From Scyliorhinus canicula (Eukaryota), in the NCBI RefSeq assembly GCF_902713615.1, contig NC_052148.1:243733212-243797211 (forward strand): a DNA stretch of 64,000 nucleotides, in the 5' to 3' direction. Position 1 is the first letter of the stretch, and the number at the start of each line of letters is the position of its first letter. Of the stretch, positions 12,168 to 25,483 are shown piece by piece. The position numbers and the translations under genes are program-made. Below the pieces are notes generated by a model that saw only the letters and a program-made list of their open reading frames with translations, searched no databases and was not told where the DNA came from.

Positions 12168-13099
12168 CATCTCCCCTCCACCTCCTCTGTTCCAAGGAGA
12201 ACAACCCTAGTCTATCCAATCTTTCATCATAGCAGCAGTTTTCCAGCCCCGGCAACATCCTTGTAAGTCTCCTCCATAACCTCGCAGTGCAATTACACCC
12301 TTTCTGGAATGAAGTGACCTACATACAGTAGACACGTTGCGACCTAACTGATGTTTTATATCGTTTCAACATAATCTCCCTGCTCTTATATTCCCATCCT
12401 TGTGGCTTGGTGTTGTGTTTTGTTTTATCATGATCCAATAAAGTGCCTTGGAACATTTTATTAAGTTAAAGAGCTTCATAAATATAAGTTGTTGTTGTTA
12501 CTGATGTTTTACTCAATCTTTGATTACGGGTTTTTTTGTTAACCTCAGGTTAAGTTTCGATAAGGATAAGGTTTGCTGTGGTGACAAACAGCTTGTCATT
12601 AAGTTTAGTTTATCTCTGTTTCTTTTACATAGTTAGCAGTTACTTAGTACTTCATGCACTGTGTCATGTTTTCATCTTCACGTGTCATTGCGCATTACAC
12701 AACATGAAATCTGGCTTGAGGAGAGCAAAATATTCATCCCTTTCAAGAGCTTGAGTGCAGTGTAATTAGACACAGGATACCGGATCCCTGAGAGTGATGT
12801 CAGGGCACTAATTTAATTGAATGGGTTCAGATGGTATTATAAACCTTGAGAGTGGAGCTGAACTGAATTAAACCCACCACAGAACTTCCAAGATAAGATT
12901 ACTGTCATGAATCAATGTTCGGCTTATTTTATTGATGTACGTGTGTATGTATTATGGGATAGTTTTACCAAACCATGCTCCCAGTGCATGGTGCCAAGGT
13001 CCTGAGTGTTGGCAGTGCTGACTGGGAATTCAGGCATGGAACCTTTCCCTACGCCGCCCCCACCCTCAGGAGCATGGGTAAGTAAGATCTCACTCATAT

Positions 13100-13401
13100 A
13101 ATAATCTTTATTGTCAAAAGTAGGCTTACATTAACACTGCAATGAATTACTGTGAAAAGTCCCTAGTCGCCGCATTCCGGCGCCTGTTCGGGTACACTGA
13201 GGGCAAATTCAGAATGTCCAAATGACCTAACAGCACGTCTTTCAGGACATGTGGGAGGAAACCGGAGCACCCGGAAGAAACCCACGCAGACACGGGGAGA
13301 ACGTGCAGACTCTGCACAGACAGTGACCCAAGCCGGGAATCGAACCTGGAACCCTGGCGCTGTGAATCAATTGTGCTAACCACTGTGCTAACGTGCCACC
13401 C
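13100..13401 (-). mobile_element. HE1-like SINE, alternative-tail variant
   Basis: HE1 head/body plus tail CCGAACAGGCGCCGGAATG...AAGCCTACTT...AATAAAGATTATTAT. Confidence 0.88.
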
Positions 13402-14516
13402 AAATGCAGTTGGTTCTGGTGCTTACTCTGAACTCACGTTGCTGTTAATGCAAATGGGGGTGTAAGTCATGTCAAAGTAAATAGCTTTGTTTAGGATAAC
13501 CTACGGACAGAAAATCATGGATCGAAGCTCCCCAAATGGGTTGAGAGGAGATGAGGTCTGAACCAAGAGTGGAAACACATTATGTTTCTTCTGTAATCTT
13601 AGTGCCCCATTTCTTTAACTTATTTTGTATCTTTTGGTGAATGTTTGTGCTTGTCAAGCTGAGGGACTTCAGTGATGGGAATTGGAACACATTGTGTGCT
13701 GATGGTGTCAGCGTTAAGCACTCTATGATTTTAGCTTAACCTCGGGACACCATCTAATGCGGCAGTCTGATTTTTTTCCATTTCCTGCACCCGTTACTCA
13801 CCTGCCTTTTTGAGTCGGGTAGCCAATTTGAAGTCCTGATTGTGGTGATTGATGGGCCATTTTGTGCCATCAACCTGTTAAGAGACTAAAACTAATTCCA
13901 CGCAGCTGCCAGAAAAGAGGTGTTTGTCCTCGCAGCTAGAATTCACGCCCACACCTCACAAACTGAAAAAATGGCAGGTGAACTCACCGTGTTGCCTGTG
14001 ATTCAAGTTTAAAGGAACTTGAACTCGGAGGGTTAGTTGACACAAGTCACAATTGTTGAAGATAGTGTTAACTGACCTGTATGTTCACCAGCCTTTTGAG
14101 TAAAGCTTCCTACCAAGCCACCTTATCTTTGGCAACTCTGCTAAATGGAAAGGTAAATTGGGCCGTGTAATAGGTGCCCAATTTGGTACTACCCATTTAG
14201 CACTGGCTAAAATGTCCCATTTGGATATATTACTCACATACAATTAGAAATGCAAACAGGCATGTTGGAAGGCGAGTTTTGCAGATTAGGGATAACTATT
14301 CAAAGTGATGTGATAATTGCAGTACTTCAAGGAGCAGCACTGTCAGTTTTGATTTGCCAGCTTTGTTAACAGAAGAGGGTGCAGTGATGTGACGGGTAAT
14401 GCACTAGAGACATTCAGAGTGACAATCTTTCACTCAGAGTTAGGAATTATGCCATATTTTGATGTCGTTTTTAAAATGAGCCCAGTTCCATATGTTTAAA
14501 AGTGTTTCCTAACTAG

Positions 14517-15407
14517 GGGCACGATTTAACGTGCAAACAGACAGAGTCCCGTTTTGGACGTGTATAGCAGAAATTTCTTGGCGCCTGTAGCACCGAGAAT
14601 GACCCCACTATCAAGCGGGACTCACATTTCTTTTACCGCGGCAAGGAACACCCCACCAAGGCTGCACTTACCTCACTTTAAAGAGACCGGGGTGCCATTT
14701 CTAAATGCCGCCCCTTGGACACTCCACCATAGCCTCCGGTCCTGCCAATGGCCCCAGCGTACCTCTTAGGGGGTCCTCGGGTCCCCCCTCACCCCACGTC
14801 TTAAGGGTAGGGCAATGCCGGGCCTAATCCCTAGCATGGGCAAACTTGCACACGGGCAACTTGGTACTGCCAGCCTGGCACCCTGGAAGTGCCCCGGCCA
14901 GCCTGGCACCCTGGAAGTGCCCCGGCCAGCCTGGCACCCTGGAAGTGCCCCGGCCAGCCTGGCAGTGTCACCTAGTCATCCTGACAATGCCAGAATGGTA
15001 CTGCCAGGGTGCCCAGGTGGTAGTACCAAAGTGCCAGGCTAGCAGTGCCAAGGTGCCTGGGTGCCAGTGGGCATGCCAGGGTACACCAGCCCAGAGCCCA
15101 ACCACCCAGAGACTTCTGATGGCCTGGGAGACATCCCTGGGTGCCACCACACCTGGTCCACGTTTGGTGAGGTCTCCAGGTGCGGACGTTAGTTTTCAGG
15201 CCTCGGGGAAAATCAGGCGCAGACATATTTAAATTAGCCTAATGGCTCACTTAAATATGTTAATCTGGGCAAGATCCAGATTACGACATTTTATTAGATG
15301 TTGCGAGGTGTTCCAAGCATCGCAAATGTCCCGAGAGGCCTCTTGCGAGATTTAATGGCCACGTCGCGTCACCAAGTCAGGCGCGATGAGGCCATTTGAT
15401 CACACCC
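14517..15407. mobile_element. Older Harbinger-type non-autonomous element
   Basis: TAG|GGGCACGATTTAA ... TTTGATCACACCC degenerate TIRs; TGCCA/TGGCA-rich interior. A related right end lies at about 52100-52580. Confidence 0.65.
14869..14964. repeat. 28-bp tandem repeat, about 3.4 perfect copies
   Basis: Unit GCCAGCCTGGCACCCTGGAAGTGCCCCG. Confidence 0.95.
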
Positions 15408-15644
15408 AACGTCTTTCTTATGGATCATAAACTCCTAACATTTCCCTTTTATTCTATTAGCTCAAAGGGTAAGGGGTGCTGTGGACAAGGGCAGCATTTA
15501 TTGTTCATATCAAATTGCCCCTGAGAAGGTAGGGGTGAGTTGCCTCCCTGAATCACTGCAGTCCATGCAGTGACGGCCGTCAAGATAGGGAATTCCAGGA
15601 TTTTGACCTAGAGATGATGAAGAACTGGCAGGTAAATCTAGTAT

Positions 15645-15960
15645 GGGCTGCATGGTAGCACAGTAGGTGGCACTGTTGCTTCACAGTGCCAAGGTCCCAG
15701 GTTCAATTCCCGGCTTGGGTCACTGTCTATGTGGAGTCTGTACGTTCTCCCTCTGTGTCTGCTTGGGTTTCCTCCGGGTGCTCCAGTTTCCTCCCCCAAG
15801 TCCCGAAAGACATGCTTGTTAGGTAATTTGGACATTCTGAATTCTCCCTATGTGTACCTGAACAGGCACTGGAATGTGGTGACTAGGGGCTTTTCAAAGT
15901 AACTTCATTGCAGTGTTAATGTAAGCCTACTTGTGACAATATAAATTATTATTATTATTA
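15645..15960 (+). mobile_element. HE1-like SINE, alternative-tail variant
   Basis: Same tail as 13100-13401, ending in (ATT)n. Confidence 0.88.
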
Positions 15961-17231
15961 AGTCCTTATGAGGTGTGACTTGGAAGGGAAATTGGAGGTG
16001 GCGGTGTTCACATGTGCCTGCTGCCCTTGTCCTTCTAGGTGGTAGAGCTTGTGGGTTTGCAAGGTGCTGTTAAATAGCCATGGTACATTTCTGCATTACA
16101 TCTTGTCGAAGATACACTTTGTAGTCGTGTGGACTGGGAACTGAATTATTAAGGTGGTGGGTGGGTTGTGAGGGGTTCGGTTAGCTTAGTTGTTCAAATA
16201 GCTAGAAGGTGGCACGGAATGGCTCCATCGGTGTGGGTTCAATCCCTGTATGGCCCTGCTAGTTCTTTGAGGCCTGCCTCCTTTTCTTGTTGCCCCATGC
16301 TTGATGCAAAGTCGTGCCCATCAAACTATGTAACTATTGGTCTCTCTCTAGCCGAGAGAGGTGCCTCTGCTAATTACTCAGGATAGGGTTCAGGATGATG
16401 TTGAACCTGTAGAGTGTTGTTGAAGTTGCACTTATCCATGCAAGTAAAATGGGGAGTATTCCATCACACTCTGGACTTCTGCTTTGTAGATGGTGGGTAG
16501 ATTAGAGAATCAGGAGGTGAGCTACTTGCCATACTGAATATCTCATCTGATCTGCTTTTGTCGCCACGTTTTTATGTGGTTGGTCCAGTTAAGTTTATGG
16601 TTAAAGCTGACCTCCAGAATGTTGTATGTGGAGCATTTGATGATGGCAATGCCATTGAACATCAAGGGGGAGTGGTAGAATCTCTCTTTTTGGAGATGAT
16701 CAGTGCCTGGCACTTTTGTGGCTGAATATTGCTTGTTACTGATCAACCCTATTCTGAATGTTGCGCTGGTCTTTCTGCATGCAGACAGGGGCTGCTTCAT
16801 TATGTGGGGACTTGCAAATGGAACTGAACACAATGCAATTGTCAGTGAGCATCCCTACTTTTCACCGTATAATGGAAGGAAGTATATTGAAGTGGCTGAA
16901 TATGTTTGGGACGAGGATTCTGCCTCATAGCGATGTGATGGGCTGAAACAATTAACCACCGACAACCACAACTAGCTTGCTTTGTGCTGGGTATAATTCC
17001 AAGCAGAGGAGAGCTTTCTCCCTGAGTCCCAATGACTCCAATTTTACAAGTGTTCCTTGATGTCACACACAGTCAAATGTCTCAATGTTAATGATAGTCA
17101 CTCTCACTTCACCCAGGGAATTTACTCCTTTGCCTATGTATGAAGTAAGATCTGACAGGAGAGTCTGGGAGAGGGGATGCAGATGATGCCAAACACCAGG
17201 GCCTGGGATCATTGGTTAAATAGCTTGTCAT

Positions 17232-17545
17232 TAGAATCTGTAGAATCCCTACAGTGCAGATGGAGGCCATTTGGCCCATCAAGTCTGTACCGACCCCCCG
17301 AAAAGGCCAGTGCATACTAGACCCCCACCCCCACCTTATCCTTGCAGTCTCATCTAAAATGCACAGCATTGGATACTAAGGGGCAATTTAGCATGGCCAA
17401 TCCACCAAACCCGCACATCTTTGGACTGTGAGAGGAAACCAGAGCACCCGGAGGAAACCCACGCAGACACGGAGAGAACATGCAAAATCCACACAGTCAC
17501 CCAAGGCAGGAATCAATCCCGTGTTTCTGGCGCTGTGAGGCAGCA
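17232..17545 (-). mobile_element. HE1-like SINE
   Basis: Conserved body and tail; abuts a CR1 3' end at 17544-17920. Confidence 0.85.
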
Positions 17546-17920
17546 TAGAAACATAGAAAATAGGAGCAGGAGAAGGCCATTCAGCCCTTCAAGCCTGCTT
17601 TGCCATTCATTATGATCATGACTGATGATCCAGTTCAATAGCTTAATCCCACTTTCCCTGCCACCCCCCTGTATCCTTTGATCCCCTTCGCCCTGAGAGC
17701 TATATCTGACTGCTTTTTGAAACCACACAATTTTTTGGCCTCAACTACCTCCTGTGGTAACGTACTCCACAGGCTACCCACTCTCTGGGTGAAAAAAATA
17801 CTCTGTATCTCTGCTAAATGGTCTACCCCGATCCTCAGATTGTGACCCCTGGTTCTGGACACATCCACCATCGGGAACATCCCTACTGCTTCTACCCTGT
17901 CTAGTCCTGTTAGAATTTTA

Positions 17921-18180
17921 GAGAATCATAGAAGAATCATAAAATCCCTACAGTGCAGAAAGAGGTCATTCGGACAAACATGTCTACACCGACATTTCGA
18001 AAGATCACCCTACCTCGGCCCACCCTGTAACCCCACCCTGAAGGGCAATCCACCTAACCTGCACATTGTTGGACTGTGGGAGGAAACCGGAGCACCCGGA
18101 GGAAACCCACGCAAGACACTTCGGAACCGAACCCGAGTCCCTGGCGTTGTGAGGTAGCAGTGCTAACCACTGTGCCACCC
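17921..18180 (-). mobile_element. HE1-like SINE
   Basis: Conserved body, with internal deletions. Confidence 0.82.
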
Positions 18181-18226
18181 CTTTTTATAGGTTTCTATAA
18201 GATCCTCCCTCATTCTTCTGAAGTCC

Positions 18227-18574
18227 AGGGGCCTCACGGTAGCATGGTGGTTAGCATCAATGCTTCACAGCTCCAGGGTCCCAGGTTCGATTCCCGGCTG
18301 GGTCACTGTCTGTGTGGAGTCTGCACGTCCTCCCCGTGTGTGCGTGGGTTTCCTCCGGGTGCTCCGGTTTCCTCCCACAGTCCAAAGATGTGCGGGTTAG
18401 GTGGATTGGCCATGCTAAATTGCCCGTAGTGTAAGGTTAATGGGGGGATTGTTGGGTTATGGGTATACGGGTTACGTGGGTTTAAGTAGGGTGATCATTG
18501 TTCGGCACAACATCGAGGGCCGAAGGGCCTGTTCTGTGCTGTACTGTTCTATGTTCTATGTTCTATGTTCTATG
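18227..18574 (+). mobile_element. HE1-like SINE, young, (TTCTATG)4 tail
   Basis: Intact B box GGTTCGATTCCC; last ~60 nt nearly identical to the CR1 end at 59177-59235. Confidence 0.93.
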
Positions 18575-18658
18575 AATACGATCCTAACTGAATCAATATC
18601 TACTCATTCGTAAGACCCGCCATCCCAGGAATCAGTCTGGTAAACCTTCACTGTACAC

Positions 18659-18960
18659 TGTTATGGACCAGGGTGTAGAAAACTCCAAAGTATATCATGG
18701 AGTTCACCTGACCCACGACTTTTAATAGATTGTGGTTATGGGGAGCACAACGGCCTACTTTACAGGTGTGATGCAACTGAGATCTAAAGTACTTCTAAAA
18801 TAAAAGCATGTTTATTTATGAATCCGGTTAACACTTTATAACCCACGGTAAACATTTTAACAACTATCAACATCAATAATCCCCACAGGTACAATATTCT
18901 ATAAATAACCCTTCATAACTTTCTTGACAATATCCGTAAGTCCAAAATCTGGCACATAGA
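18659..18960 (-). mobile_element. Truncated LTR end
   Basis: TGTTATGG terminus like the 11255 and 37581 ends; minus-strand AATAAA near 18811; interrupts a CR1 fragment. Confidence 0.4.
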
Positions 18961-21727
18961 CCATCCTGATTGACTGCTCGGCCATGATTGCTGTTGCTCT
19001 GAACGTCAGGAAGCATAGGCCCAGTAGCCTGTGCCAGGTTCCACACTCTGTCCTTTTCTTTCTGACCCCCTGGAGCGTGGAAGCAGCTGGATTGCAAGGT
19101 TAAGTGCGACATTCCCTTACTACACCATCCTGCCCAAAGGCCCTTCCCCTCCCCACCTTTTCATTGAGTCCTGAAGTTGATCAACAGTTCAATCCCTTGA
19201 TGATGGTGTCATGTGTCTATGCTTCAGGGCCTTTCCCCTCCCTACCACTTCTCTGAGTTTGCTCCCAGTTCTTTGCTGTATCGCCCAGGGAGGGCTTTTA
19301 ACCATTGCAATGGTAGAGTGCAACTTCCATTCTCCACCAACAGAAGAAGATGTCTTTATTGACCTCTACAAACATGTGCCCTCATGCCCATTATTAAAGG
19401 CTCCACATAATGGTGACTGGTGACATAATCTGTGCAGAATGAAAATGATTGGGTCATTCCCCCATCAATCATTCCTGGAGTCTAGATATTCTCTGTGTTA
19501 ACTAGGTCTGATTTTGTGCATCTAATTTGTATTAGATAGCCATCCTTCACTGACTGCATTTTGCTGCAGAAATAATCTTGCTGCATGCTGTTGCTTTGCC
19601 CACGTGTTTGAAAACTCTCAAATCCTTCCCTGCTGCTGACTTGTTGATTAACACAGTACAGTCAATGTTATGTTTGAATCTTAAAATAATCCTGCCCCTG
19701 TGTTTTGGATATGGTCAACAACCTGGGCACCGAACAGACAAAGGTGTCCCCCCTTCTTACTTCTGGCAGATTGGTAACCCAGCAATTCTGGGCACATACC
19801 CGAAGGTATGATGCTGCTTTGTTCTCATCAGTGCCAGCAGTTGGGAGTATCTCGAGCTGCGAGAGATTGAATTTATGCTGTCCTCAAGGCAGCGCAAGAA
19901 TTCTGTAGACTTGAATGAGTGGTCAGGAATGTCTCACTCTGATTGAGAAGAGTGAAAATACAATGTGTCAAATATTACAGTGTGGGCTTTGATATGTTGG
20001 GTAAAGTACTCGTCCCACCCACATAGTGGCTGCAGTTGAAATCCAAATAGCCAGGGACTACTGACAGAGTCTGTGACTAGAGGGGAAAGGCTGGAGTGGG
20101 ATTGAAGTAATACAGCAGAGGTTGCTTGTGGGGAGCTCGACCCTCCAACCACACCCTTCCCTCTCTTCTGGTTCCAGTAGGAGGGGGAGGCTGGGAGCAC
20201 AGCAAAGGCTGTGGAGTGGGGACTAGAGCCAGTTGGTGAAGGTGGCTGGAGAGGAGCAGCAGGGTAAGGCTCTGTATGCCTGGCGTCTCTCTCTCTTTGA
20301 GCAAAGCAGCACCAAAGCTGATGGGCAGGGATGAAGGAATGAGCAGACTCATTGGCTGCTCCCATCTGGGGGAGGGAAGAGGGCCTCGGTCAACAGGTAG
20401 TGAATGGGACCAAGCACTCTCCTCCTCCCCTCAGTCCCTTTTTCCCTTCAATAACGCCCCAACAATGAAGCAATGTGAGCTTCACCATGGAGTTGGTCTT
20501 CTTTTCTGATACAGAACAGCTCAATGAAACATATAGAACAAAATGAGATGGTTTTCTTGAAATTTTTGTTTCAAGTATTGAGCTTTTCTCCGAGATATGA
20601 ATTTCCTGTTCTGATCAAAGGTCATCAAACTGAAATGTCTGCTTCTCTCTCCACTGATGCTGCCTGACCTGCTGAGTTTTTCTGTTCTTATGTCGGATTT
20701 CCAGCGTCTGCAGTGTTTTAGGAATTCACTGTCACTGCGTATGGAGCAATGGACAGAACTTGTCAATGAGGCAGTCACTGAAATCAGTGTTGTTGTTCGA
20801 ACAGTGTTATAAACACCAATGGGTTAGTTTCCTGTCAAATTAGCAACATTGTACCATGCTAGTAAGATAAAATTTGCACTCTCTGGTTTGTTTGATACTC
20901 GTGGTGGGATGGCCCAAAGGCTGCACACAAACTAACACTGTATAATATGTTTGCTCTGAACATTAATAACCCATGCTGCAAAGGTATCAGGCAATATTTG
21001 TAACCAGACACCAATAATGGGCGGCATCATCCAACTCAAACCTTTCTGTGATTATTTGGGGAATTGGATGGTGAATCTTAAGAGCCAGAAGAAATAGATG
21101 TATGTTTGAGGGGCGGGTTCCAGGGTAGTGAGTGGGTAATAGTGGGGGTGGTGGGGAGGGAGTGCCTGTAAACAGGAGAAACACCAGGGCGAAGATTTCT
21201 CTCATTGTCCCTGCCTAGCAGAACCCAAAATAAGCATCAGTGAGTTGGTTATTGGAGATGTACACTGGCATTAACAAATTTAATCACTTTGCTGAGGATT
21301 GAAAGTATATTGATGGAGCAGTATTTGGCTGGATTCAGTTTTTCCTGCTTTACGTGGACATCTCTGGGCAATTTCCCACATTGTTTGGTAAATGCCAGTG
21401 TACTGAAGCAGCTTGGCTGGAGGAACCGCTAATTCTGGAGCACAAGTCTTCTGCAGGCCACATAGGATGTTGATGTGGCTCATAGCCTTTGCTGTACCCA
21501 GTGTGGTCAGCATTTCTTGATATTTCATGGAGTGAGTCAGATTTGCTGAATGTTGGCTTCTGTGACATTGGGGACCTCAGGAGGAGGAGGAGATGGATCA
21601 TCCAGTCAGCACTTTTGGCTGACATCGTCTGGGGAATGATTGAAATTTGTCCAAATGAAAAATTAATCCAAGCACCATAAATGGAGGAAATGGTCGATAC
21701 AGAACTGTCAAGTAAAGAGCCAGTCGA

Positions 21728-21932
21728 GGGCAGCATGGTGGCGCAGTGGGTAGCACTGCTGCTTCATGTCGTCGACGTCCCAGGTTCGATCCCGGCTCTG
21801 GGTCACTGTCAGTGTGGAGTTTGCACATTCTCCCCGTGTTTGCGTGGGTTTCGCCCCCACAACCCAAAGACGTGCTGGCTAGGTGGATTGGCCACGCTAA
21901 ATTGCCCCTTAATTGGAAAAAATGAATTGGGT
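21728..21932 (+). mobile_element. HE1-like SINE, short-tail variant
   Basis: A/B boxes, shortened body, AATTGGAAAAAATGAATTGGGT tail. Confidence 0.88.
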
Positions 21933-23889
21933 GTGCAGCCTATAATTTCTGTTCCATTAAAATCACAGGTTGGCACATCACAAGCTTTGCATTTGCAATT
22001 TCCCATAATGCATGCCTCACAAGAGAATTCCCCATAGCGAGTGTAGGACTGTAGGTTTGTTCCTTATATTAACACGCATAAAGGGAATATAATGCAAAAT
22101 GCTGAATTGCTTAATGAGATATGTGAGGCTTTGTTTCCCTGTGTTCCTTCATCTAAAGTAACACAACTCAACAAATGGTATTTTACTTCTGCATTCCCTG
22201 AAAGTCGGCAGTTTTCGAATTACTTTGCCACTGAGAAGTAAATGTTATTCCTCTGCAAAGTGACTTGGAAAATTGCGTTGTGCTCTAATCTGCTGAACAA
22301 AAAGAAATCTGCTTGCTTCTGCCATCAGCTGTTTATATAATGGAGCCAAGGGTATAAAATAGGAGTAATAGGATTGTTTGGACAATCTTCCAAGCCCTTC
22401 GGGCAATGGTTCATTGCTGCAAAACTTGACATTACTTTTCACCTCTGAAGTTCTAGGCTGAATGCCGTTTCTGGACATGAAGATGCTTCATTTAAGGTGG
22501 GGGGGGGGGGGGGGGGGGGGGGGGGAGAGGGACTTTGGAACTCGCTCTTGTAAGCTGTTTACAAAAAAGAGATTTTCACCATTTTCTTTTTCATTAATCT
22601 TAATCAGTTTCATTTATAAGCATTTCAGGCAGAAAGTGATTCACCTCAATCTTTTTAACAATCTACACCTGAGTTAGTGTGAAATTGTTTTTTTTCAAAT
22701 TAAGCCATTTTCGCTACACTGTTGCCCACCAAGCTAATTCAGAAGGATCAAATTGTGTACAAATGCTGAATGTGAATCAGTAAAATTAAAGTGGTGCTTG
22801 AAATCATTAACTTTACTCCAATGTCACTCAGTTAAACTCATACAACGTACGGATACGGATCCTTCTCTCAGGTTTTACTTGTTGCCCGCTATTAATTTAT
22901 TACTTCAATGTGACACGAGTTTATATAATAATCTATAGTTGAAGAACATCATGGCAATATGCAAACTGTGTGTGCATCGCCTTCCCTGGGCTCCTTGCAA
23001 TAATAAAACCGTCATGAGACTCATCAAAATGCAGGCTCAATATTCAGCACAGCAGCAGTCACATTGAATAGGTATTACATAGTGAATAAATGATGGCTGG
23101 GACTACGTTACAAGGAGGCCAAATTATGTCATAAACCACAAGAGCTTCAATTTCCAAATTTATTGTCTAAATTCAAATGTGTTTCAGTTTTATAAAACGC
23201 TCCCACATTTTTCTTATTCTTTGCAATAATAAAAAAAAAATGAGATAATTATCCGACAAAGAAATTTCAAGGAGATGGAGCTGACTGGCAAAATAGTCAG
23301 ACGTCCTCGTTTGCAGATGCGATACAAATGGAAATGATGTGAGCTTTATTGTGATTGAATAGTGCAGGGAAATAATTTGCAAGCTCTGCTCCTGGCAAAG
23401 AACCTCAATCGTGGTGAACGAGTTAGTGGGGATAGGGTTGCGACATTGTAATCTCAATTTCCGACTGTTGCTCACCACTAGCAAGATTGTGCAATGGCAG
23501 GCAGCATTGAAAAATTACCCCCCCCCCCCCAAGTTATGTCTCGCATAATGTTTTGAAATTATTCCATTTATATGCAGTGCTGTTTGTTGACTACAGAAGT
23601 CTCTCTGCTACATTGTTCCTTTGTACACGAACACAACTCTTCCATATTTTCACTTTTGAATAAAGCACGTAATTTAGTAATTGTGATTTTGTTCCATTGT
23701 GATATGTATTACACTTGGAAGTTGCTAATCGAACTCCAGGAGGAAGCAAACAGAAAAAATGTATTCCCGTGAACACACTCTGCTATCTTACCTTTTATGC
23801 CACTATCAGCTCTAGCCCTCCACACAGCCACGAAGGCTTCTTCTGCCACGTGACCTACACAGCTCTCCTGCTCCCAACAATCACTGACC

Positions 23890-24100
23890 TTCTCTGCTCC
23901 ACCCCCTCTTATTCTGTATGTAATCCATCATACTTCTCCCTCTCTTTAGCTGTGAAGAAGATGGACTCAAAACATCGAAATGAAGATGGACCCTGTTTTT
24001 CTCTCTCCACAGATGCAGCCAGGCCTGCTGAGTTTTACCAGCACTTCCAGCTTTTATTTCAGATTTCCAGCATCTGCAGTTTTTTTGCTTTTGTATATTA
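23890..24100 (+). mobile_element. Penelope-like terminal-repeat fragment
   Basis: Same tail as 27130-27295 (CTCTCCACAGATGC...TCCAGCATCTGCAGT). Confidence 0.65.
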
Positions 24101-24780
24101 TCTATGATGTATCTCTGGTTGTTGTCGTAATATAGATTAATCTACCCAGAGAGTAATGTTCCCGGATGAACTGAGCAAAGCAGCAATTACATGGCCACAT
24201 CAATGGAACATTTATCTTGTACACTTCAAAATGACAATGTCTGCGAACAAGGAGACATTTCCCCCCTCACTGTAATTTAAATTTAAAGATTCCGAACTGG
24301 GCCAAATTTTGGGGATGGATTTCCTTGGACATTCTCCCATTCCAAGATTATAACTTTGTGTGTACCCCAGTCTGCAGGTAAAAAGGAGACCCACCAAACC
24401 TGTTTGTCTTTTTCCAAGCAAATGCTATTGATCTCACTTTGGATATTGACATTAGACTTAGCACTCTTACCTGGCAATGGCCCAAGGGAAGATTCCAAAT
24501 ATAAAATAAAAAAGAGAAAAGTACAAATACACAGCATTCTCTAGAATTCCCTGAAATTTAAAGTTTAAGGTGTGATTACTTTGCAGTTTTTTCAGATGCT
24601 ATGGGAAACAGAAAAGATCGATAGAGACTATTTCCACTGGTCGGGGTTTCTAGGACCAAGCAGAACAGTCTAAATTTTAGATACATTTTAGGAATGAAAT
24701 TGGGAAACATTTCTAAACACAAAAAGTCATTTTAAATCTCGAATTGATTGATTTTTATAATCCAATTATATTAAGGATAT

Positions 24781-25115
24781 CATAGAATTATAGAATTTAC
24801 AGTGCAGAAGGTGGCCATTCGGCCCATCGAGTCTGCACCGGCCGTTACAAAGAGCGCCCTACTGAAACCCACGTATCTACCGCATCCCCGTAACCCCCAC
24901 TTAACATTTTTTGGACACTAAGAGCAATTTAGCATGGCCAGTCCACCTAACCCGCACATCTTTGAACTGTGGGAGGAAACGACACCCGGCGGAAACCCAC
25001 GCAGACACGGGGAGAACGTGCAGACTCCGCACAAACAGTGACCCAGCTGGGAATCGAACCTGGGACCCTGGAGCTGTGAAGCAACTGTGCTAACCACTAT
25101 GCTACTGTGATGCCC
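24781..25115 (-). mobile_element. HE1-like SINE
   Basis: Full head, body and tail. Confidence 0.9.
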
Positions 25116-25159
25116 GTAAACGTGTATATGGAGTTAGATTGCCGATGATGTACCGGTTA

Positions 25160-25483
25160 GGTGTGTGGTTAGCACAGTTGCTTCACAGTTCCAGGTTCCC
25201 AGGTTCAATTCCTGGCTTGGGACACTGCCTGTGTAGAGTCTGCACGTTCTCTCCGTGTTTGGATGGGTTTCCTCCGGGTGCTCCGGTTTCCTCCCACAAT
25301 TCAAAGATGTGTAGGTTAGGTGAATTGGCCATGCTAAATTGCCCTTAGTGTCCAAAAGGTTAAGTGTGGTTACGGGGATAGAGTGGAGGTGTGGGGTTGA
25401 GTAGGGTGCTCTTTCCAAGGGCTGGTGCAGACTCAATGGGCCGAACGTCCTCCTTCTGAACTGAAAATTCTATGATTCTATGA
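25160..25483 (+). mobile_element. HE1-like SINE
   Basis: Full body and ATTCTATG tail. Confidence 0.9.

Noticed and set aside
19000-20470. Possible further very old Harbinger fragments (also 249-900, 3190-3960, 5360-5790)
   Set aside because: Composition is suggestive, but I could not establish paired TIRs or translatable motifs.
22498-22525. Long poly-G/poly-C runs (also 2826, 3149, 33888, 48065)
   Set aside because: Simple homopolymers of uncertain assembled length; no function can be inferred.
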